A stretch of DNA of 64,000 bases, taken from Elusimicrobiota bacterium (GTDB taxonomy: Bacteria > Elusimicrobiota > Elusimicrobia > F11). The position numbers and the translations under genes are program-made. Location: the NCBI GenBank assembly GCA_044221725.1, contig JBGAON010000001.1, positions 672,001 to 736,000 on the forward strand. The letters are read 5' to 3'. Below the pieces are notes generated by a model, which did no database searches, was not told the DNA's origin, and worked only from the letters and a program-made list of their open reading frames with translations. This document shows, piece by piece, positions 49,301 through 57,591 of the stretch. The first letter of the stretch is position 1. The number at the start of each line of letters is the position of its first letter.

Positions 49301-49663
49301 TTACTCTGGACTTTTAGGTTGTAGTGAAGAGATGTCGAGTACTTTTGTGAATTGTGGTTTACGACGATCCACTACAACTACGACTTTAACGTAGTTCCCA
49401 ATTACAAGCTTTGGATCAAGTTCCTCTTGGATTTGACTTGGGTCAACATTCATGGCTGTTAACCAGTCATAGAGTTTTGATGAGTTTTGAAGGCTGGCTG
49501 GTACGAAGCCACTAACTCTATGTTCTGCGAATTCCCCGGTTACAATTTTGAATACAAACCTAAGCGATAATCCGTATTCTGATGAGTGTTGGATAAGGTC
49601 TACAACTTTGGCTGTATACATCCCCGGCTGAACGACTTCTGGTGTTGTGCTATTTCTTTCCAT
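49301..49663 (-). CDS. DUF669-like/phage OB-fold putative ssDNA-binding protein
   Basis: PGMYTAKVVD...FVFKIVTGEF...LYDWL.A...VIGNYVKVVV pattern; AAGGA RBS. Confidence 0.55.
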   Translation of the reverse strand: MERNSTTPEVVQPGMYTAKVVDLIQHSSEYGLSLRFVFKIVTGEFAEHRVSGFVPASLQNSSKLYDWLTAMNVDPSQIQEELDPKLVIGNYVKVVVVVDRRKPQFTKVLDISSLQPKSPE

Positions 49664-49899
49664 TTTTTTATTCCTTTCAATGAGCAATTTTGCGACATGG
49701 CATACTGCGCCATCTAGAATTATTCAGGAACGGCTGAAATCCATTCGATAAAAATGAGAATTCAAATTTGTTCTAGAAATCAATGCGTTTTCAATGGGAT
49801 GTAATAATTCAGCATATAGGTAGGAGACTACTAAGGTCTTCTGATCCCCAGAATAGTCATCAAAATTCTAGGGGCAATTTTCAATCGCGGAGGACTTAA

Positions 49900-50703
49900 A
49901 TGTTTTACCTTGAGAATAAGTATTTAGATAATAATCTGTCTTTAAAGCTAAGAATCATTAAACAGCCCAGAATTAAATCCTATATCAAAGGTAAAACATT
50001 TTCGGCTCCTGCTCCTGACGGAAAGTGTTCAGATTGTCCCAAGACCGAATCTTGTAGTTGGCACCGAAAGAAAGCCTATGACAGAAACTCTCCTTTATTG
50101 TGCAACTCTTGCTATCAAAGAATCTTTCGTCAGTCTGGGCACATTAAGCCAACTAGGAACTCTCAGGCCTATAACAGGGCCTATTACAGAAACCATAAAT
50201 GGCGCTATTTCGACTATTCAACTCCAGATGGATACTTAAGACACCTATATAACTCTTACCTGAAGCGGACTTTCTCGAAGGATCTTAAAATCCCTGAAGA
50301 CAGATTCGTTCAGACAATGAAAAAAGACCGGACATTCATAGACATGTATTTGGAGTGGTCAGACTCTCAATTTAATCCTCTGATGCAACCTCAAATTCGA
50401 CGTATTAGTTTTAAGGGGTCTTTGGCTATCGGGGATCTAACTTGGAGGCGGAAAAAAGATGTCGATGAGGAAAGGGTTAGAAAAAAGGAGCTTTTTGCTC
50501 AATATGTTCAATATCTAATCAAGCTAAGAAAAGACCATTCAGAGACAGAAATCTTCGACAGCATCAAAACTAATGGCAGTAAATTCTCAGGCAGGAAGTT
50601 TAATCGTACCCTGGTTGTAAAAGAATTTCAGGCACAAATAAAAAAGCAACTTGAGCTAGGACAATTGTTGGATTACCAAGGCTATCTGTACCCATCAAAT
50701 TAA
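49900..50703 (+). CDS. Hypothetical basic protein with Zn finger and degenerate HNH-like segment
   Basis: GGAGG RBS; CSDC...CNSC; FIDMYLEW...PQIRRISFKG...DLTW. Confidence 0.55.
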   Translation: MFYLENKYLDNNLSLKLRIIKQPRIKSYIKGKTFSAPAPDGKCSDCPKTESCSWHRKKAYDRNSPLLCNSCYQRIFRQSGHIKPTRNSQAYNRAYYRNHKWRYFDYSTPDGYLRHLYNSYLKRTFSKDLKIPEDRFVQTMKKDRTFIDMYLEWSDSQFNPLMQPQIRRISFKGSLAIGDLTWRRKKDVDEERVRKKELFAQYVQYLIKLRKDHSETEIFDSIKTNGSKFSGRKFNRTLVVKEFQAQIKKQLELGQLLDYQGYLYPSN

Positions 50704-50881
50704 TCTGTTTACTACGGAATAAGTTTTGGAATCCTATGTGGAAAGCTCTAGGTTGTCTTTCCCGTTCATCGTAATAAGTACAGGAATAGGCCAACAAGGT
50801 TATTCAATTATCTGATTCTTCCTACTGTTTACCGCTGATTCCGACTGTTAACGTCTTCGGAGAATCAACGTAACACTCTCT

Positions 50882-51070
50882 ATGAAGAATGCTTTTGTTC
50901 GGCAGGTCTATTATCTGATGTTCGAGCAAACGCTTTATGGCCCATACGATTCAATTCAAGATATCGACAAGCGTTACCAGGAATTGGACACGGATGGACG
51001 AGAAAAGAAAAACGTCGTGATTGTTACCCACCTAAACATCCCATTCCTCAAAGACTCATCCCTTAATTAA
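50882..51070 (+). CDS. Small hypothetical protein
   Basis: 62-aa ATG ORF in otherwise empty AT-rich space. Confidence 0.4.
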   Translation: MKNAFVRQVYYLMFEQTLYGPYDSIQDIDKRYQELDTDGREKKNVVIVTHLNIPFLKDSSLN

Positions 51071-51181
51071 TTGCCTTTATGATCAGATCCCTACTCGGTC
51101 AGCAATTATCTATGGGTTGGGTTCGAAACATCGTTTAAATCCGAAATATGAAGCGATAGAAACCAATCTAAGGATGGATTC

Positions 51182-51841
51182 TCAGTAGATTTTCTTGAGT
51201 TTGTGATTTTTGAAGAAAACTATCCGTTTTTCAAAAGTCCGCTTAGCGCATACTTTGACGGATTCCATTCGATCCTTCATAAGCCGTTTCAGGATTGCTT
51301 TTGGACAATTCCCATTCCTAGCTACTCCTCTACGAACAATCGCTTTTCCATCTTCCGCCAATTCAGAAAGCCTTTTTTCAGGAATCCAAAGGTTCATACC
51401 CGCATAGGATCGAACAAGATCATTTTTATCTCGGCTTAGTTTAAGAATTACAGCCTTTGGACTTCTTGGATTAATGGCTACTTCTGCCCGAACATAACAA
51501 TCTGGATCGGTGGAAAGCTTTTCGAGAAGCGAAGTATTTGCATTTGGATGGCGAGCAATAGCGACTCTCGTCTGATCCATGTAACTGTCTTCCAGTTCAT
51601 CTCTGATAGCCTTAAGCGTATCGGAATCCGTATTCTTGTTATAGGCCAGGAATTTCCTGTCGATAATGCTTGGACTAATGAGAAGCCTTTGGATAGCAGA
51701 CTTGGGAAGAGACTTATTTCGCAAGGCCGCAATTCGTACTTTCCAGCTTGGATGGAACACAAGGCGTTCAAGAATTAGAGAATCGGTCTCGGTATCTTTA
51801 GCTAGGCGAACAGCTATGTTTATCTTGGCAGTCTGATCCAT
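51182..51841 (-). CDS. HEAT/LRV-repeat protein
   Basis: Repeated L..L..D....VR..VA.NP units. Confidence 0.8.
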   Translation of the reverse strand: MDQTAKINIAVRLAKDTETDSLILERLVFHPSWKVRIAALRNKSLPKSAIQRLLISPSIIDRKFLAYNKNTDSDTLKAIRDELEDSYMDQTRVAIARHPNANTSLLEKLSTDPDCYVRAEVAINPRSPKAVILKLSRDKNDLVRSYAGMNLWIPEKRLSELAEDGKAIVRRGVARNGNCPKAILKRLMKDRMESVKVCAKRTFEKRIVFFKNHKLKKIY

Positions 51842-51889
51842 GAATTAAATACTTCATTCATGGAATTTGTTTGAAAGTAGTTTGAGAAG

Positions 51890-52246
51890 TTAAGCGGCTT
51901 TGGGAAGTTTCTTAACTACATCTAGGAGGGCTTTGTAATCCTCATATGGAACAGCGATGCTTTTGCTCGATCCAGAGGTAGGGGGTGGATTGGTAACTGT
52001 AGGTTTTGATAACGAAAAGCTCATATGATCAGGATTTACACAGTGTCGATTTTCACAGGTCCGATAAAGTTTTTGGCCTTGAGCCAGAGGCTCCTTTCCC
52101 CAAGCCTGCCAAACAGCTCTATTGGCTGCCTCTGAGCCAATAATTCCGTAATCTAGTTCATCATAGGCACCATCCCATAGCCAACATGGCCCAGGTGCTG
52201 TGGACTGTCTTATTTTTGATTGCAAATTTTTCTGAGAATGAGGCAT
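51890..52246 (-). CDS. HNH (His-Cys box/HNH_3-like) endonuclease homolog, probably inactive
   Basis: CWLWDG...YG...ANRAVW...LYRTCENRHCVNPDH; GGAGG RBS. Confidence 0.7.
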   Translation of the reverse strand: MPHSQKNLQSKIRQSTAPGPCWLWDGAYDELDYGIIGSEAANRAVWQAWGKEPLAQGQKLYRTCENRHCVNPDHMSFSLSKPTVTNPPPTSGSSKSIAVPYEDYKALLDVVKKLPKAA

Positions 52247-52425
52247 CGGTCCCTCCGTAACTTTGTCTATTGAGCATAAAGGGTCTCACCGAAATTTCAA
52301 TCAAAAAAAATAAAAAAAATAAGAAACGAATTGAAATCGTGGACTTTTCAACTCATACTCACTTAGCTGTGGTTTTGCCAGAAGCTGTTCGTTTTGGGAT
52401 GGGGTTCCACTCAAAGTAAAGGGAA

Positions 52426-53271
52426 ATGGAGAAACTTTTTAATGGTCCAAAAAATTACGTGGGTTTCTATGATCTCATGGTCAGAATAAGACTGTTGCTA
52501 ATTCCATCTCTTATTGGCCTTTTGTTTAGTGGATGTGCAGGACTGCCTATAAGAAATAGTTCCGATGCTAGAGGTGTTCTTGGGGTTATTACCAAAGTAG
52601 ATAAAAATAAATTTTATGTCGTGAAGGTTTTTGAAAAATCTGCAGCAGATAATATGGGATTGAGAATCGGTGATGTGATCATTTCTTTCAATGGAAGAGA
52701 AATAATGAACCGAGATGATCGAATGGATTACGTCGATTACATCGCTGGTTCGCCGAATAAACCAATTGAACTTGTTGTTAAGCGCAATGGGTCTTTGTCA
52801 ACTTTAAGCGGTATTTTAGGTGGAATTCGGGTCGAGAAAGAGGATCAGGTATTTGATGTGATCTCTAGGTTAGTTTATATCGGCGATAATGTTTCCGTAG
52901 CGTTTGTGATAGATGATATGCGTTGCCCGATATGTACGGGATTCAATGTTAAAGAATGGAAAGAAGGTGTGAAAACAGATCTTTTAAGCAAAACGGAGTC
53001 AGCGTATCTCTCTGTGCATAAAGGCAATAAGAATTTCAGAATCGTTGACAGGAATAAAATTGAGAGATTATTGGCTGAAATGAATTTTCAAATGACTGGG
53101 GCAGTTTCACCTGAACAGGTAAAACAAATTGGGAAAATGTCTGGAGCGTCGCATATTGGATTTATCAGTTTTTCCAGAATGGGATCGCCCAATTCGCCAC
53201 AAGACTTGGTTGTTGTAAGGCTTTTGGATGTTGAAACCGGAGATGTTATTGCATCCCAGAGATGGGATTGA
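52426..53271 (+). CDS. Lipoprotein with PDZ domain and CsgG/HfaB-like C-terminal domain
   Basis: Lipobox LFSGC; KSAADNMGLRIGDVII PDZ; FRIVDR...IGKMSGA...RLLDVETG. Confidence 0.75.
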   Translation: MEKLFNGPKNYVGFYDLMVRIRLLLIPSLIGLLFSGCAGLPIRNSSDARGVLGVITKVDKNKFYVVKVFEKSAADNMGLRIGDVIISFNGREIMNRDDRMDYVDYIAGSPNKPIELVVKRNGSLSTLSGILGGIRVEKEDQVFDVISRLVYIGDNVSVAFVIDDMRCPICTGFNVKEWKEGVKTDLLSKTESAYLSVHKGNKNFRIVDRNKIERLLAEMNFQMTGAVSPEQVKQIGKMSGASHIGFISFSRMGSPNSPQDLVVVRLLDVETGDVIASQRWD

Positions 53272-53273
53272 TA

Positions 53274-53453
53274 ATGGAACTATCCAATAACGATCAGAAA
53301 TTGCTATTGCAAGTAAAAGAATTTCTTAAGAATAATCCCATTCCCCAACCTGCATTTCCAGCTCCTAATCGTGATCGACTTGCAAACGAAGCTATTGAGT
53401 TACTTGATAAGGCATATGAGTTGATAAATAATCAGGTCAATTCTCAATCGTAA
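53274..53453 (+). CDS. Small hypothetical protein
   Basis: ATG 2 nt after upstream stop. Confidence 0.45.
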   Translation: MELSNNDQKLLLQVKEFLKNNPIPQPAFPAPNRDRLANEAIELLDKAYELINNQVNSQS

Positions 53454-53685
53454 TCATTTCCAAATTCAAGGCGCTAATCCGATGCAGTTTTTTACCCCCT
53501 CGTGCAATGTAACGAGCTCATGCGGCTGATCAGTTTTGCGATTTAATTGGCCTTTTTGGCGTACTCTTTGGGCTTGAATAGGAATCGTTTTAATTGTGTT
53601 TAGATTGTCGAATGATTGTCACAGGAAAATCACTTAATGCCCTTAGGCTAAGGGGGAAAGACAGGATGCATGAAGGAGGGCATTA

Positions 53686-53862
53686 ATGAGAAAACTGCTC
53701 GTTTTTTGTTTAAGTATTTACTCAATGCTTATGTTGTCAGGTTGTAATCGTCAAATGCTGGCATCAGTTTTAAGGGGTGTAGGAAATGGGATGGAAGAAT
53801 CCAGCCGGAAGATGTCATGCGACGCTGATCCCAATTGCATTAATGTAAATGTTCGCAACTAA
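53686..53862 (+). CDS. 58-aa putative lipoprotein (below ORF-track cutoff)
   Basis: AAGGAGG RBS; MRKLLVFCLSIYSMLMLSGC lipobox; translated by hand. Confidence 0.65.
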   Translation: MRKLLVFCLSIYSMLMLSGCNRQMLASVLRGVGNGMEESSRKMSCDADPNCINVNVRN

Positions 53863-53927
53863 GATCTGCTTGTCTTCTCTCCATGTCTCCAATTGATGAA
53901 TTTCCTCATTAGACCTTTGGAGGATGT

Positions 53928-54302
53928 ATGTTAATGCTTCAGGTCGCTGGTGGAATTCTCCTCGCATTTGCCATCCTGTGGATTATCAATTTTGTTGTTC
54001 AAAATAAGACGCGTGGTAGGTTAGTCGACCAACGATATTCGTTTTTAAATCAAGCAATACTAAACGAAGCGTCTAAAGTTCTTATTGGTAAGAGCGACAG
54101 CGAACAGAAGGATGCTGGAGAGTTTCTGAAAAGAGTATTTGAGGATCGAAACAATGCGCGTATAGCTGACCAACTTGGAATGCATGGGACTGATAGTATG
54201 GCCAATATGACAGACGACGAATTTAGGAAGTATGTTGAAAAAATTTCAGTTGGTGTGGCTTCGTTGGTTGTTGCTAAAAAGTATGCATGGCCTCCGAGCT
54301 AG
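53928..54302 (+). CDS. Hypothetical protein with N-terminal TM helix
   Basis: GGAGG RBS, hydrophobic N-terminus. Confidence 0.65.
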   Translation: MLMLQVAGGILLAFAILWIINFVVQNKTRGRLVDQRYSFLNQAILNEASKVLIGKSDSEQKDAGEFLKRVFEDRNNARIADQLGMHGTDSMANMTDDEFRKYVEKISVGVASLVVAKKYAWPPS

Positions 54303-54646
54303 GCCTAGTGACAAAAGTTGATAAGATTTTTTGGGAGATCTCATCTCCCTCTTAAGGAGGACATATGTTGAAACTCATTTTGAGGGATGCTCGTTTCCGC
54401 TTGACGCTACCAAAGTGCGACCCTTCGCTATCTCGCTGACAGGCGAGACGTGGAGATAAGTTGCATGGCGATGCCTAGCGGGAGATAACCTGAGAAATCA
54501 GGGAAAGCGGTATCCCCTGGGTCTGTCAACCTGGGACAAGGTATTGCCGAGTCTCCCCTTTAATGCTGATTTATTCCTGCCAAGAGGTTAACTCGCCACA
54601 AATTTAGTCTGCTAGTTAGCACTGCCTACTTCATTTTCAATAAAAC

Positions 54647-54692
54647 AAAAGCCCCCTAGATAAGTCTAAGACCTAAATAGGGGGCTTTTTTT
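54647..54692. terminator. Bidirectional intrinsic terminator
   Basis: aaaagcccccta...tagggggcttttt between convergent units. Confidence 0.8.
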
Positions 54693-54948
54693 ATTCTTTA
54701 GATGGGAAACGAATGCAAACTTGGGAATTGATAACGGCAAGTTCTAATTCTTTGTTGATAGCCATTCCAAGTGTTACATAGTTTATGAGGATTTCTGAGG
54801 CCCATCGGCGAAGCACTTCTATTTCTTTTTCGCCCACAGGGTAATGTTTTTCACTTTCCTTGAGATTATTCACTAACGAAGTGAACTCTTCAGAGGTTAA
54901 GTTCGAAAGGCCAGAAATATACTCTGGGCTAAACGATGTTCTTGTCAT
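54691..54948 (-). CDS. Hypothetical protein
   Basis: AAGGAG RBS, 85-aa ORF. Confidence 0.6.
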   Translation of the reverse strand: MTRTSFSPEYISGLSNLTSEEFTSLVNNLKESEKHYPVGEKEIEVLRRWASEILINYVTLGMAINKELELAVINSQVCIRFPSKE

Positions 54949-55122
54949 TTTATTCTCCTTTTAAAGATCAAATTAGGGCATTGAATGCCCCACAAATGAT
55001 TCAAGAAACGGAGATTTTCATTAGATACGAAACAGGCTGATTTTTAGATGTGTTTTTAAGCGCAGTTTTTTGGGAGGAATTTAGAGAGTGTAAGCCGATT
55101 CCTCGGCAGAAGACTAGGGAAA

Positions 55123-55392
55123 CTAATTCGTTCGATTATTAAAAACTTCTTTAAATGGCCGATAGTGTTTCAATACCTTGAGAATGTTTTCAGGGGAAAT
55201 TACTTCAACGGCCATAATGCCGTAACCTCTATGGTCAATGAAATTTACTGAGCCATCAGAGTGCATGATGCACATGACATCATCTATCACAACAGAAGAA
55301 AGAGCCTTCTCGACCCATTTCTCGATGATGTCCATTCCCTCATCCATTTTGACTTTCTCAAGTGCTTTGGCAAGTTCGACTGCTTTGGTCAT
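55123..55392 (-). CDS. Hypothetical protein translationally adjacent to Shedu
   Basis: ATG directly follows the Shedu TAA stop. Confidence 0.6.
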   Translation of the reverse strand: MTKAVELAKALEKVKMDEGMDIIEKWVEKALSSVVIDDVMCIMHSDGSVNFIDHRGYGIMAVEVISPENILKVLKHYRPFKEVFNNRTN

Positions 55393-56514
55393 TTAGCTAC
55401 CCTTCTCAAGAAGAGAAATCAACGTTCTGATCTTCTCGAACAATTCATCGAAAGTAATGACCTCAACATTTCTAAGGTTGGAACGGAAGAGTTCAAAGGA
55501 ACGACGCTTAGTCCTATCGTCTAAGGATTTCGTGTTTCCGACGATAAGCAAACCCTTCGGACAAAGATTCTGAAGTTCAGGATTGTCTTTGGAAAGCTTA
55601 TACCAGTCTGTTTGAGCTTCGTTCTGGTAGTTCAAAATCTGAGTAACACCTCCTGAAACGTCGGAAGACGGAGGATAGACATTGTCACGGTACTTCAATC
55701 CTACGAGAGAAGAGACTGGAGTCTTAATCTCGATATAGACGAGGTTATGCGTGATCTTGTTTTTATAAAGGTAATCGATCAGGTTTCCGCCCTTGTTGTC
55801 GAACTGTTTTCCTCCGACGTAGGCTTTATCTTGGAAGAGAATAATCGGAGCAGAGAAGACCTGGCTTATAACCCAAGGGTTCTCCGAAAGCTGTTTTTGC
55901 CAGAATTCTTCATCCTTGTTATTGGCATTGACAGTCCAGGTAGCTAGAGCTTTCTTAAGGGCTGAAAGGCTAAGGGACGTTTGAAGGTTGGAAAGCCGCT
56001 CCTTATCTATTGTAACGAGCTTATCGATCAACCCCTTCTCGTCAAACGTGGAAAGCCATTTGAGGGCAGAAACAACAAAATCCTCTCCACCTGTCTTGAG
56101 AAGTTTTTCTAGGGTTTCAGGCTTATCAACCAAATCCTTAACGACGGAGCTGATATTGGAAGGGGTAATGATGAATTCGTTGTCTCCGAGGACAATCCCA
56201 TGCTGTTGAACGAGGTGGTAACAATTCCGAAGGTTACCTATTAACTTGAAAACTTCTTCGGAACTGAGATCTAGCTGGAAGTATTGATCTTTTACGAGCT
56301 TATTAAGATCGAGAGAACGGTAATCCTGCCAAGCATCCTTAACGGACTTCTTTTGATAGACGAAAAGACCTCGGACGGCATGAGCGGAATTCTTTGGGTT
56401 ATCAACTAAGGTGGGTCGGAATACTAAACGGATTCGATCTCCGTCTCGAAGAATGACATCTTCACAAACGGCGGTAACAAGGGAGGTTGATCTAGTCTTT
56501 ATTGATTCTGACAA
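55393..56514 (-). CDS. sduA: Shedu anti-phage nuclease (DUF4263, PD-(D/E)xK)
   Basis: EEFWQ..L.ENPW, YVGGK...IDYL, IEIKTP, GGVTQ, LIVG, FELFR...VEVITFDEL; TTG start with AGAGGA RBS. Confidence 0.88.
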   Translation of the reverse strand: MSESIKTRSTSLVTAVCEDVILRDGDRIRLVFRPTLVDNPKNSAHAVRGLFVYQKKSVKDAWQDYRSLDLNKLVKDQYFQLDLSSEEVFKLIGNLRNCYHLVQQHGIVLGDNEFIITPSNISSVVKDLVDKPETLEKLLKTGGEDFVVSALKWLSTFDEKGLIDKLVTIDKERLSNLQTSLSLSALKKALATWTVNANNKDEEFWQKQLSENPWVISQVFSAPIILFQDKAYVGGKQFDNKGGNLIDYLYKNKITHNLVYIEIKTPVSSLVGLKYRDNVYPPSSDVSGGVTQILNYQNEAQTDWYKLSKDNPELQNLCPKGLLIVGNTKSLDDRTKRRSFELFRSNLRNVEVITFDELFEKIRTLISLLEKGS

Positions 56515-56534
56515 TAATATCCTCTTAAAGTGTA

Positions 56535-56607
56535 AGCCGAGGATCGGGATCGAACCGACGACCTGCCGCTTACGAAGCGGCTGCTCTACCAGCTGAGCTA
56601 CCTCGGC
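56535..56607 (-). tRNA. tRNA-Thr(CGT), complete copy located inside the element
   Basis: Reverse complement folds as cloverleaf: gccgagg/cctcggc, gccgc-ttCGTaa-gcggc. Confidence 0.96.
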
Positions 56608-56773
56608 ATTTGGAAAAGTTGAAACTTCCTTTACTGACTATCCCAACGTTTCTCTTAACGCTTGCTCACTTCAAAATCGGTTAATTAGCAATACGCTGCA
56701 AAATCATGCGGAATTTTACGTTTTTCCTCGTCGGATAACCCCTGGTAATTAACCCTTTTTTAACCCCAACGTA

Positions 56774-56811
56774 TTACGAAGCGGCTGCTCTACCAGCTGA
56801 GCTACCTCGGC
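56774..56811 (-). repeat. 5' half of native tRNA-Thr(CGT); att junction with core at 56774-56780
   Basis: Identical to 56570-56607; joined to 47817-47858 through the 7-bp overlap it rebuilds a 73-nt tRNA. Confidence 0.92.
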
Positions 56812-56851
56812 GTTGGGCGGTGATTGTAACAAATGAAGGGAAGCGGTCTAT
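56812..56851 (-). promoter_or_regulatory. Native tRNA-Thr promoter (extended -10 TGtTACAAT, GC-rich discriminator)
   Basis: Minus strand reads tagacc...tgttacaat-caccgcccaac then tRNA 5' end. Confidence 0.65.
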
Positions 56852-56855
56852 CTTC

Positions 56856-57591
56856 TCAGGTTTGTAGCACAAAGAGCCGAGAAACCAGCGGAATTCTTTT
56901 TAATAAATAGGAAAGAGCGGCCGAGCCCGCGAAGATGAGACATGTGACCACCGGCACGCCAATGAACGGTGTTCCTCCTGTTTTCTCCGAGATCGCAATT
57001 CCCAAATGCCCCTTGATCAACAGCCACAAGAAGAAAACGTGGATAAGATAGACGTTGTAGCTGTCGGCGCTGAAATAGGTAACGGTGCGTTCCAGCCACC
57101 GGTGACGTTCGTAAATCGAGTTCCCGCGTTTGCGCCGACCGCACGATCAACCGGAGGACCGGAGCAAGAAAGTAAAGCCCTATGATCATATAGACAAACC
57201 ACAGATGAAACTCCGTTGGACCATTGAACATGTCGATGGCAGCTTGTTGAAACGAGAACGGAGTTTCGTTCATGCGCGCTTCGTAATAGGAATAAATAAA
57301 GGACCAGCCGATGAACGGCGGAACCACTTTCAACAATCGTTTTTTAAGGAAATCCACGGCGAATTCTTGTTTGGTTGACGTAAGCAAAAGTGTTCCGGAG
57401 ATCATCACAAACAGCGGAACGCACAAACGGATCACGGAATCCAGCAGATTAAAGACCCACCAAACGCCGAGCGGGTAATCGTTCATGCCCGCGCATACCG
57501 GCGCAAACACGTGCGAGAAGATGACGAGAAAGATGGCGTAAGCGCGAATCGCGTCGAGATGATAAATGCGGCCCGCGCTATTTTGTTGCAC
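56856..57591 (-). pseudogene. Acyltransferase-3 family (WecH/OafA-like) pseudogene with internal out-of-frame deletion
   Basis: N-terminal LDAIRAYAIF.V...H, VPLFVMISG, HLWF; near 57115 the C-terminal SYNVYLIH motif continues in another frame to a stop at 56856; central TM block missing. Confidence 0.8.

Larger units (their letters stand above)
47852..56780. mobile_element. ~8.9 kb integrative element inserted in the tRNA-Thr anticodon loop
   Basis: 7-bp direct repeat TTACGAA at both ends embedded in complementary tRNA halves; tyrosine integrase at left end; visibly AT-richer than flanks. Confidence 0.85.

Noticed and set aside
56608..56773. Self-splicing intron in the tRNA-Thr anticodon loop
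   Set aside because: The 5' half is followed by a complete tRNA, not a 3' exon; no group I/II core is visible; the arrangement fits integrase att sites.
47852..56780. Element as an intact prophage or ICE
   Set aside because: No recognisable capsid, terminase, tail, relaxase or T4SS genes.
47426..56811. Repeated gccgaggatcgggatc-type sequences as a possible CRISPR array
   Set aside because: They are tRNA-Thr fragments at irregular kb spacing, with no spacer periodicity and no cas genes.
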